Of a stretch of DNA of 32,000 nt, positions 17,150-26,100 are shown piece after piece; position 1 is the first letter of the stretch, and the number at the start of each line of letters is the position of its first letter. A program made the translations under genes and the position numbers. Where the stretch lies: assembly GCF_000008385.1 (NCBI RefSeq), contig NC_006833.1, forward strand, positions 210,001 to 242,000, given 5' to 3'. The notes beneath the pieces were generated by a model. It made no database searches and had not been told where the DNA came from. It saw nothing but the letters and a program-made list of their open reading frames with translations. Origin of the DNA: Wolbachia endosymbiont strain TRS of Brugia malayi (lineage in GTDB: Bacteria > Pseudomonadota > Alphaproteobacteria > Rickettsiales > Anaplasmataceae).

Positions 17150-17904
17150 ATAATACACACGCTTCTGTTAAAAATTTAAGTCTCTGGTATGGCTCTAAGC
17201 AAGCTTTATTTGATATAAATTTGGATATTTGCAAGAAAAAAGTTACTGCTTTTATCGGGCCATCCGGGTGCGGTAAATCGACATTTTTGCGTTGTTTTAA
17301 TCGTATGAATGACTATGTACCGGGGTGCAAAGTTGCCGGTAAACTAGATATTGACGGACTAGGTGATATATATTCACGCAACGTGGATGTTGTGCTACTT
17401 AGAGCAAAAGTTGGTATGGTATTTCAAAAGCCAAATCCTTTTCCAAAATCAATATATGACAATGTTGCTTATGGGCCAAAATTACACGGCATGGTAAAAA
17501 ATAAACAAAAATTAGATGAAATAGTGGAGAACAGTTTAACTAAGGTTGGTTTATGGGAAGAGTTAAAAGACAGATTGCAAGACAGCGCACTAGATTTATC
17601 TGGTGGCCAACAACAAAGGCTATGCATTTCCCGTGCTATTGCAGTGAAGCCAACTATTTTGCTAATGGATGAACCATGCTCTGCACTTGATCCAATGGCA
17701 ACTAATGCAATCGAAAATCTCATACAAGAGCTGAAATTAAGATTCACCATAATTATGGTAACTCATTCAATGAAACAAGCTAAAAAGTTATCTGACAGCA
17801 TAATTTTCTTTTGTAATGGCAAAATTGTTGAATCCGGAAGTGTTCAAGAGATATTTGAAAATGCTCGATCTCCTTTAACAAAAGAGTATATCCTGGATCA
17901 TTAA
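17146..17904 (+). CDS. pstB: Phosphate ABC transporter ATP-binding protein
   Basis: 252 aa with [37 protein letters not shown] and [11 protein letters not shown]. The ATGA at its start overlaps the dapB stop. Confidence 0.93.
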   Translation: MNNTHASVKNLSLWYGSKQALFDINLDICKKKVTAFIGPSGCGKSTFLRCFNRMNDYVPGCKVAGKLDIDGLGDIYSRNVDVVLLRAKVGMVFQKPNPFPKSIYDNVAYGPKLHGMVKNKQKLDEIVENSLTKVGLWEELKDRLQDSALDLSGGQQQRLCISRAIAVKPTILLMDEPCSALDPMATNAIENLIQELKLRFTIIMVTHSMKQAKKLSDSIIFFCNGKIVESGSVQEIFENARSPLTKEYILDH

Positions 17905-18040
17905 AATCTACCATTTCCATCATCCAAGTGGCTGAACAGGAAAACGCATTGGTATAATACCTTATTTCTGTTATCCTAGTTTCCTTCTCCTGTTGTCCAT
18001 ACCCACTTCTTATCATGCTAGTGTGTGACACTATTTTCGT
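17905..18040. repeat. Degenerate copy of the GTCAT..CAGTGTGTGACACT palindromic element family
   Basis: CATCATCCAAGTGG...GTTATCCTAGTTTCCTTCTCC...TATCATGCTAGTGTGTGACACTA parallels 8579-8710 (TGTCATCCAGGTG / TGTCATCCCAGTGTGTGACACTGG). Confidence 0.6.
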
Positions 18041-18385
18041 TTGCTCCTAAATTGCTTCAGCTACAAATTTTAAGAAATTTACTAAGTAAAAAAAGGCAAG
18101 AAAGCCCGTTAGTAACTAGTTATTTATATTAACTTTATAAATTGGCATTTTTTACTGTTTCAAATGCTTTAACAAGCGCACTTCAGCTTATATTAGGTAA
18201 AAACCTTAAAAATTTATAAAGACATACAGTGTATATAGTGCAAAAATTAAACATGGAACGCTAAGTACATCGAGTTTTTTATTATTTTATCTGCACAGAC
18301 TGAAGCTAAATAAATATCTTTGATGTTACGACAAGGGGGCTGGCGTAGTTTGTTAAGTAAATTTTCGCTTCTATCAGCTACCATG
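18040..18385 (-). repeat. Large modular non-coding repeat, copy C (inverted orientation, one tail module)
   Basis: The reverse complement reads AAATTTACTTAACAAAC..GCAGATAAAAT..ATGTTTAATTTTTGCACTATATACACTGTATGTCTTTATAAA..TTTTTACCTAATATAAGCTGAAGTGCGCTTGTTAAAGCATTTGAAAC..GGGCTTTCTTGCCTTTTTTT..AAATTTCTTAAAATTTGTAGCTGAAGC. Confidence 0.85.
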
Positions 18386-18434
18386 ACAGTTTAAGAATTC
18401 TAACTGCAAACGCATTTTGGCAAGTCCAGTTACT

Positions 18435-19604
18435 TTAGCTATACGCAAGAACTTTATTTTTGATAATTTCTTTTGCAATAGCACGGCTTTCAAGATCAAT
18501 GTTTATTATATCGGATAATGAGTTAATGTCAGTGTAACTATCAAAATTCTCTACTGTTAACTTTACTACTTTTATTATCTCCAAAAAGTCAATTCGTGAT
18601 TTTAAAAATTTATCAACAGCTACCTCATTTGCAGCATTAAGTACTATGCTATTTGTGTGTGGAGAGGAGGAATTTAACACTTCCATACTAAGCTTTAGCG
18701 CAGGAAAGCGCTTATGGTCCGGTTCTTGAAAGGTCAATTTCTGCTTTGTTAAATCTAATTTATAACTTAAAGCTGACCTTTCTGGCCAAGACAGAGCATA
18801 TGAAATGGGAATTGCCATATCAGCCTCTGCAAGTACAGCAAAATTAAAACCATCCTTATAAATTACAATTCCATGTATTATCGATTCGGGATGCACTATT
18901 GCTTCAATTCTGTTTGGGCTAATATTAAATAAATTATGTGCTTCTATTATCTCCAGCGCTTTGTTCATCATAGTTGCACTATCAACTGAGATTTTCTTTC
19001 CCATGTTCCAAGTAGGATGACTAAGTGCTTGACCTACTGTAACGTTTCTTAATTGCTCAAGGCTATAATTCAAGAATGACCCACCAGAAGCAGTGAGTAT
19101 AATCTTTTCTACACATTTATTGCCATTCTGCAAAACTTGAAAAATTGCATTGTGTTCAGAGTCAATAGGAACTATCTGTACGTTTTTTTCTTCGGTTTTC
19201 TTAAGTAATAGTTTTCCACCACAAACAATACTTTCTTTGTTTGCTAGTGCAATGACTTTAGTACCACTTTCTATGACGTGCATTACTGGCTCAAGGCCTG
19301 CAATACCAACTACTGCAACAACTGAGAGATCAACGGGCAGAGAAGCAACATTCATTAGACCCTCAGTACCAACTTCTACTTTGATGCCCGTACCAAGTAG
19401 ACTTTCTTTTAAATCTTTATAAAACCTTTTATTAGAGATAGCAACATACCTTGCATTTAGCAGTTTTGCTTGGCATGCCAGTAGAGCAAAATTCGAACAG
19501 GTACTGAGTGCTTCTACTTGATATTCTTCTTTTCTCTTTAATAGTAAATCTACAGTCTTTTTTCCAATACTTCCTGTCGATCCTAAAACTGAAATCTTTT
19601 TCAC
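18435..19604 (-). CDS. dxr: 1-deoxy-D-xylulose 5-phosphate reductoisomerase (MEP pathway)
   Basis: 389 aa with the N-terminus ISVLGSTGSIGKKT, plus LANKESIV, PIDSEHNAIFQ and LSHPTWNMGKKISVDSATMMNK. Confidence 0.95.
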   Translation of the reverse strand: MKKISVLGSTGSIGKKTVDLLLKRKEEYQVEALSTCSNFALLACQAKLLNARYVAISNKRFYKDLKESLLGTGIKVEVGTEGLMNVASLPVDLSVVAVVGIAGLEPVMHVIESGTKVIALANKESIVCGGKLLLKKTEEKNVQIVPIDSEHNAIFQVLQNGNKCVEKIILTASGGSFLNYSLEQLRNVTVGQALSHPTWNMGKKISVDSATMMNKALEIIEAHNLFNISPNRIEAIVHPESIIHGIVIYKDGFNFAVLAEADMAIPISYALSWPERSALSYKLDLTKQKLTFQEPDHKRFPALKLSMEVLNSSSPHTNSIVLNAANEVAVDKFLKSRIDFLEIIKVVKLTVENFDSYTDINSLSDIINIDLESRAIAKEIIKNKVLAYS

Positions 19605-19702
19605 TAAAACAAACTCGCGTTAATTATAACAAATTAAGGAAAGGAGAAGTGTCCCTTCTCAACTATTTACAGTTATTCAGCAATTTCTAAGATTAAATTC
19701 AT

Positions 19703-20200
19703 TTAACCACCAAGTTCATATCCATGGTCGTCACCAACAGATGGTGAAGGACTAGGTGAAAAAGACTGACCATAGTGATCACCTGCATTATGCATGTTGT
19801 GTAAGCCATCAGCATCATTAGCAATCTGATCACTAGCATGTGGAAAATCATCTTGATGAGGTCCATCTTCACCATGAGCCATATCCATTCCTTCTGATAG
19901 CATATCTTCTTCATCTCCGCCTGAAAAATATTCTGCAAGACTCTCAAAAAATTTTATGCCAAACATATTGCCTGACTTTCCAAACAACGTTGCAAGATTA
20001 CCACTTACCAAACTTTCAAACACGTTGCTGTAAGCAGGAATTGCTCCCTCATGAAAGTTGAACAACCACTTCATTCCATCTACAATTGTTGCAACAGAGT
20101 CACTGTGACCAAGACCAAAACCGCTCTTTTCTCCTTGGTGCTCTTGGTGGTGTTGTTGAGCTTGCCACTCTGCAATGTTTGTACCTTGAGCTTCAGTCAT
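19703..20200 (-). CDS. Hypothetical acidic His/Asp/Gly-rich protein with no recognisable family
   Basis: A 165-codon ORF is long for AT-rich DNA. There is no TM segment or signal peptide. The middle is hydrophobic (VATIVDGMKWLFNFHEGAIPAYSNVFESLVSGNLATLFG) and the tails are low-complexity (QAQQHHQEHQGE; GEDGPHQDDFPHASDQIANDADGLHNMHNAGDHYG; SPSPSPS). Confidence 0.6.
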   Translation of the reverse strand: MTEAQGTNIAEWQAQQHHQEHQGEKSGFGLGHSDSVATIVDGMKWLFNFHEGAIPAYSNVFESLVSGNLATLFGKSGNMFGIKFFESLAEYFSGGDEEDMLSEGMDMAHGEDGPHQDDFPHASDQIANDADGLHNMHNAGDHYGQSFSPSPSPSVGDDHGYELGG

Positions 20201-20391
20201 AAGTTTTTATTCTAAACCTTAGAATATTATTCTACCACAAATATCGCAAAATATCAATAAGGCTCTTGAATAACCATGTTTTAATGTATGTAGAAAACCA
20301 TGACACTTATTGAGTGCTTGCAGCGTGTATGGCTTCTACGCAGTCAATATCAAGCAAAAAAATAACCAGACAAATTTCAACATAAAAAATA

Positions 20392-20421
20392 CTTGACGAG
20401 TCTTGGTTACAGCATATTAAC
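20392..20421 (+). promoter_or_regulatory. Promoter candidate upstream of clpB (sigma70-like, also partly sigma32-like)
   Basis: TTGACG (20393-20398), a 16-nt spacer, then TATTAA (20415-20420), about 185 nt upstream of the clpB ATG. It can also be read as CTTG-N17-CATATTA, a partial match to the alphaproteobacterial RpoH box. Confidence 0.3.
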
Positions 20422-20605
20422 CTTAAGTTTTTGCAACTTTTGGGTCTTTATGGTAAAAAATGGTAATTATACATACAGGTATAAAGTATTAGTTGTATTA
20501 TCAAGGACAACGATCATAGATTTTTACCTGATAGTGAACAATTTCTAGTTTTAAATTAAGAAAATAATTGCTATATATACCAGGAAATATGCGTTAAACT
20601 TTATT

Positions 20606-23167
20606 ATGGACTTAAATAAATTTACCGAAAAAGCAAAAAGCCTAATTCAAAGTGCCCAAATGAAAGCATTGGGAACTGGGCATCAGGTTTTTATGCCTGA
20701 GCATTTACTAAAGGTGATGCTTGAGGATGAATCAGGTTTAGTTCAAGATTTAATAGGCGCTTGTGGTGGAAATGCGCAAAGTATTTCTGACGCTGTGAAT
20801 AATGCAATAAAAAAGTTTCCAATAGTCAAAGGTCCAGGAAGCAATAGCCTTCAACTCTCAAGAGAAGTAGCAAAAGTCTTTGAAGATTCAATTGGTATGG
20901 CTAGAAGGAACAAAGATTCATTTGTCACCGTTGAGCGTTTACTGCAGGGATTGACTGCACAAAAAAATGATACTGTAGGTAAAATTCTGGCAGAGAACGG
21001 CATCACACCACAAAAATTAAATTCAGTTATTACAGAAATGAGAAAAGGTAGCAGTGCAGATTCGCCTAACAGTGAGGAAAATTTAAACGCAGCGAAGAAA
21101 TATACAAAAGATGTTACGGAGCTTGCTATGCAAGGCAAGCTTGATCCCGTGATTGGTCGTGATGAAGAGATCAGAAGAACCATGCAAGTATCACTGAGGC
21201 GAACAAAGAATAACCCAGTGCTGATAGGTGAACCTGGTGTTGGAAAAACCGCGATAGTTGAAGGGCTTGCAAATAGAATTGTTGCAAATGACGTGCCACT
21301 TGGTTTACATGACGCAAAAGTTTTAGCCTTAGATCTTGGTGCATTAATTGCTGGGACAAAATTTAGAGGAGAGTTCGAGGAAAGACTAAAAGCTGTTATC
21401 AATGAGCTTGCAAAAGCAGAGGGAAAAATTATCTTGTTCATAGATGAGCTTCATACTTTAGTTGGAGCAGGAGCAACAAGTGGTGCAATGGATGCTTCAA
21501 ATCTGTTGAAGCCTGCTCTTGCACGCGGAGAAATTCGCTGCATAGGAGCCACAACTTTAGATGAGTATCGTGAACATATAGAAAAAGATCCTGCACTTGC
21601 AAGGCGTTTCCAACCTGTGTTTATTTCTCAACCAACTGAAACTGATACCGTCTCTATACTAAGAGGTTTGAAGGAAAGGTATGAAGTACATCATGGTATC
21701 AGAATCACAGATGGTGCAATAATCGCTGCCGCAATGTTATCCAATAGGTATATAACAGATAGATTTTTACCTGATAAAGCAATTGACTTGATTGATGAGG
21801 CGGCAAGCAGGGTGAGAATTGAAATGGATAGCAAACCTGAGATTATTGATGAACTTGAAAGAAAGATTGTACAGCTAAAAATTGAGTCAGAAGTTCTGAA
21901 AAAAGAACGTGATGAAAATTCTAAGCAGCGCCTAAAGAAGATAAATGAGGAAATCGAAAACCTAAACAGTAAATTTACTGACTTAAACAGTAAATGGCAA
22001 ATGGAAAAGAATAAAATAGCTAGAATACAAGAAACAGCTGAAAAACTAGATAATGCGAGAAAAGAGCTGGAGTTAGCTCAGCGCAGTGGAAAATTAGAAA
22101 AAGCAGGAGAACTGATGTATGGTGTAATTCCTCATCTTGAAAATGAATTAATGAATCAGGAGAAAGTTACCGATAGCTTCTTAAAAAAAGAAGTTACTGA
22201 AGATGATATTGCAAATATTGTTTCAAAGTGGACAGGAATTCCAGTTGATAATATGATGCACAGTGAAAAGGAAAAACTCCTTAGCATGGAAAATGAGATA
22301 GGAAAAAGGGTGATAGGACAAAAGGATGCAATAGAAGCAATAAGTAATGCAGTTAGACGCTCCCGCTCTGGTGTTCAGGATACTAATCGACCTTTTGGTT
22401 CATTCTTATTTTTGGGCCCAACCGGAGTTGGAAAAACGGAACTTGCGAAAGCCCTTGCTGAATTTCTGTTTGATGATCAATCAGCACTTCTGCGCTTTGA
22501 TATGTCAGAGTACATGGAAAAACATTCCGTTTCAAAGTTAATTGGTGCACCCCCAGGATATGTTGGCTATGAGCAAGGTGGAAGATTAACTGAAGCAGTA
22601 AGAAGAAGGCCATATCAGGTAATCTTGTTTGATGAAATAGAGAAAGCGAATCCAGATATATTTAATCTATTGCTGCAGATTTTGGATGAAGGCAGGCTCA
22701 CCGATAGCCATGGAAAATTAATTGATTTCCGTAATACTATACTAATTTTAACTTCCAACCTTGGCGCTGAGATAATGCTTAAAGGAGTTGCTGACTTTGT
22801 AAAAAGCGAAGTGATGCAAATAGTTAAATCAGCATTTCGTCCTGAATTTTTAAACAGACTTGACGAAATTATTATATTCCATAGTTTAACCAAGGACGAC
22901 ATTTATAAAATAATAGATGTTCAATTCCTCTATTTACAAAAAATAATTGTTAAGCGTAAGCTAAGTATAAGTTTATCGCAGGAAGCCAAAGAACTAATAG
23001 CACAAGCTGGCTACGATCCCGAATATGGGGTAAGACCACTAAAAAGGGTAATACAAGAATGCATTCAAAATAATCTAGCTAAGTTAGTTTTATCGGGAGA
23101 AGTAGCAGAAGGTGATAAATTAATAGTGTACGCTTTTAATAATGAAATCTTAGTTAAAAAGGTTTAA
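20606..23167 (+). CDS. clpB: ATP-dependent chaperone/disaggregase ClpB
   Basis: 853 aa with two AAA+ modules ([15 protein letters not shown]; [15 protein letters not shown]), a long coiled-coil middle domain and the N-terminal Clp_N repeats. Confidence 0.97.
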   Translation: MDLNKFTEKAKSLIQSAQMKALGTGHQVFMPEHLLKVMLEDESGLVQDLIGACGGNAQSISDAVNNAIKKFPIVKGPGSNSLQLSREVAKVFEDSIGMARRNKDSFVTVERLLQGLTAQKNDTVGKILAENGITPQKLNSVITEMRKGSSADSPNSEENLNAAKKYTKDVTELAMQGKLDPVIGRDEEIRRTMQVSLRRTKNNPVLIGEPGVGKTAIVEGLANRIVANDVPLGLHDAKVLALDLGALIAGTKFRGEFEERLKAVINELAKAEGKIILFIDELHTLVGAGATSGAMDASNLLKPALARGEIRCIGATTLDEYREHIEKDPALARRFQPVFISQPTETDTVSILRGLKERYEVHHGIRITDGAIIAAAMLSNRYITDRFLPDKAIDLIDEAASRVRIEMDSKPEIIDELERKIVQLKIESEVLKKERDENSKQRLKKINEEIENLNSKFTDLNSKWQMEKNKIARIQETAEKLDNARKELELAQRSGKLEKAGELMYGVIPHLENELMNQEKVTDSFLKKEVTEDDIANIVSKWTGIPVDNMMHSEKEKLLSMENEIGKRVIGQKDAIEAISNAVRRSRSGVQDTNRPFGSFLFLGPTGVGKTELAKALAEFLFDDQSALLRFDMSEYMEKHSVSKLIGAPPGYVGYEQGGRLTEAVRRRPYQVILFDEIEKANPDIFNLLLQILDEGRLTDSHGKLIDFRNTILILTSNLGAEIMLKGVADFVKSEVMQIVKSAFRPEFLNRLDEIIIFHSLTKDDIYKIIDVQFLYLQKIIVKRKLSISLSQEAKELIAQAGYDPEYGVRPLKRVIQECIQNNLAKLVLSGEVAEGDKLIVYAFNNEILVKKV

Positions 23168-23193
23168 GTTCACTGTGTATTTACGTTAAAAAA

Positions 23194-26100
23194 ATGTGTG
23201 TAGATTATAACGTTAACACTGAGTCTTTATTTAAGCTAGTTAATCAAGAAAACCAGAAAGAAAAGGCAAAAATTAAAGAATTTATCAGATACTTTTATAA
23301 TTTTGTTTATAATAGTGACTTAAAGATCAATGATAAATTCCTTTTATACGTCGTAGAAGATGCATATAACTTCATTTTCAAAAAAGAAAAAGAAGAAAGC
23401 AAATTGATGGTAAGTAATGTAAATGACATACCGGGAATAGAAGGCGATTTTACTACAATTAAGATAATAAATAACGATATGCCTTTCTTGGTTGACTCTG
23501 TTATTGCTACCATCAAGTCGCACGACCTAACCATATGTTACTATAGTAATAGTGTAATTAATATCCAAAGAAAAAGTGGCCTTATCAACGAGATTTGTAA
23601 TTTGGAAGAGAATAATGGTACCAAGGAGTCAGTGATATATGTAATTATTAAAGGCATAAGTAATAGTTTTGTTGATACACTAAGAAAGTCCCTGCAAAAA
23701 ACATTAAAGGCAGTCAATTATGTTGTAAAAGACTGGCCATTGATGCTCAAGAGGCTTGATGAGGCAAAAGATCTTCTTTCCATTGCCCAAGCAGTTGACA
23801 CTGAGATCCAACCAGCACCCTACACTGGAATGATATCAGGTAGAGATTTTCTGGTATGGCTGAAAAATAATAACTTCGTATTTTTAGGTTATCAAGAACG
23901 TATTGCCGACAAAGATGGAAAGCTTGTTCCTAATGATGAAGAAAATCTTGGGTTAATGAAAGCAAGCAGAGAGTATCAGAACTCATCGATTTCCTCTAAG
24001 GGCTTATATCCTTTATATATATTAAGATCAGATCTAACCTCAATAGTTCATAGGCGTACATACATGAATTGTATAGGTGTAAAAGAATCTAATAAGCAAG
24101 GTGATGTAGTAAAGGAACGGCATTTTTTCGGGTTATTCACTTCTGTAGCAGAGGTTCAAGACATTCGAACTATTCCATTAATAAAGGATAAAGTTAAAAC
24201 AATAGAAAAGAGAGCAGGGTTTTTACCTGGTGGCCACAACAATAAAGCTTTAATTTCTATTTTACAAGCATTCTCCTGTGGTGAGCTATTCCAATCAAAT
24301 GAAGATGAGTTATTTAAGGTTTGTATTTCAATTATGTCTCTTGCAATTAGGCCAAGAGTCAAATTATTTTTAAGAAAGGTAGGAGACTTTATTAGTTGCA
24401 TAGTGCTGATACCGATGCGTTATGCAAGTGCAAGGTTAATGTTCAAGATACGCGATATATTAAAGGATGAAATAAACGCAGCAAGTTCAGATATTTACAA
24501 CAATCACATTATCAATGAATATGATTTAATGAAGTTGCACGTAGTGCTAAAGGTTAAGGATGCTCGTGTTTTTGACGATGAAGTTTTGTGCATCGAAAAC
24601 AAATTAAGAAATATTACGGAAAAATGGGAAGACCGTTTTATAGATAATTTATATAACACTCTTAGCACCGTTGAAGATATATTCATCCTTTATTGCAAGG
24701 CATTTCCGATAAGCTATCAAGAGAGTTTTGAACCTCACGATGCATATTATGATATGAAAAAATTGGAAATAGTGAGGAAGAAAGGAGCTAGTGAAGTTGA
24801 TTTAAGGCTTACTCGTGATAATCTCAATTACCAATTAAAAGTTTACACTCCGGGTAATGGAGGCCTTGAATTGTCGAAGATATTAAGAATCACTAAGAAT
24901 TTGGGAGCAAAGATTCTATCCCATAATGGTTATTATATAGAAATCAATGGTGGAATATGGATACACCATTTTGTGTTGTCAAGAGTCGACAAATTGATAG
25001 ACAACATTACTCTAAAAGAACAATTTGAAATAACGCTTGCGAAAGTGTTTAGAATGGAAATTAAAAATGATCATTTCAACAGCTTAATCATTATTGCTGG
25101 TCTGGAATGGAAAGAAGTGCTTTTAGTGAGAGCGCTAAGTGCTTACCTAAAGCAGATGTCATTTAACTATAACCCAGAATATATTCAAAAAGTAGTCTCA
25201 GAATATCCAAAAATAGTAAAGTATTTGATACAGCTATTTCATGTAAGATTTGATCCTAGCATAGACATTGATAGAGCAGAAACTACAGACATTTTCAGAG
25301 AAAAAATCGAGGAACTCTTAAAAGAGATCAGTAACGTTTCACATGATTACGTTCTGCGCTCAATATTTAACTTGATAATGGCTATTTTAAGGACCAGTTA
25401 CTATCAAGACGATAAACCCCGCTTATCTATAAAATTTGATTCAAGTAAAATAAATGGTCTGCCCGATCCGCGTCCATACCGCGAATTGTATGTTTATTCA
25501 AACCTTTTTGAGGGAATACATTTAAGAGGAGGGAAATTAGCACGTGGCGGTTTAAGATGGTCAGATAGGACAGAAGATTTTCGTACTGAAGTTTTAGGCC
25601 TTATGAAGGCTCAGATGACGAAAAATGCAGTCATTGTCCCTGTCGGTGCAAAGGGTGGATTTGTAATAAAGAAAGTGTATAGAGATAAAGATATCTTAAG
25701 AGAGAAAGGCGTTGAGTGCTATAGGGATTTTATCAGAGGCATGCTTGCTATTACTGATAACATAGTTGATGGTAAAATAATTCCACCAGAAAACGTAGTT
25801 AGATATGACGAAGATGACCCATATTTAGTAGTTGCGGCGGATAAAGGCACTGCCTCATTTTCTGACTATGCTAACCAGATAGCCCATGAGTATAATTTTT
25901 GGCTTGGTGATGCATTTGCATCCGGTGGATCAGCAGGTTATGACCACAAAAAGATGGGTATTACGGCTAGGGGAGCGTGGATTGCAGCACAGAGGCACTT
26001 TTGGAAGATGAATAAGGACATTTATCAGAATGTAGCTGTTGTTGGAATTGGAGACATGGCTGGTGACCTATTTGGGAATGGTATGCTGCTTTCAAAAAAT

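Noticed and set aside
17780-18031. 83-aa minus-strand ORF spanning the pstB 3' end and the palindromic repeat
   Set aside because: It is built from the antisense of pstB plus repeat sequence. Such repeat-encoded ORFs are common annotation artefacts.
19699-19947. 82-aa ORF in a second frame, and the 73-aa plus-strand ORF (19840-20061), both overlapping the 165-aa hypothetical gene
   Set aside because: They are best explained by the locally raised G+C and scarcity of stop codons in this segment. The longest frame (19703-20200) is the more plausible gene.
20201-20605. Search for a tRNA or small RNA gene in the 405-nt divergent spacer and in the other intergenic gaps
   Set aside because: I saw no GTTCGAATC-type T-arm or cloverleaf-compatible inverted repeats. 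Only weak 4-bp stems are present.
20851-21441. 196-aa ORF antisense to clpB, plus the smaller antisense ORFs at 21171-21359, 22383-22613 and 22615-22902
   Set aside because: They lie entirely inside the strongly supported clpB gene on the opposite strand. Their low-complexity Ser/Phe/Ala-rich translations are typical of shadow ORFs, and no motif is recognisable.
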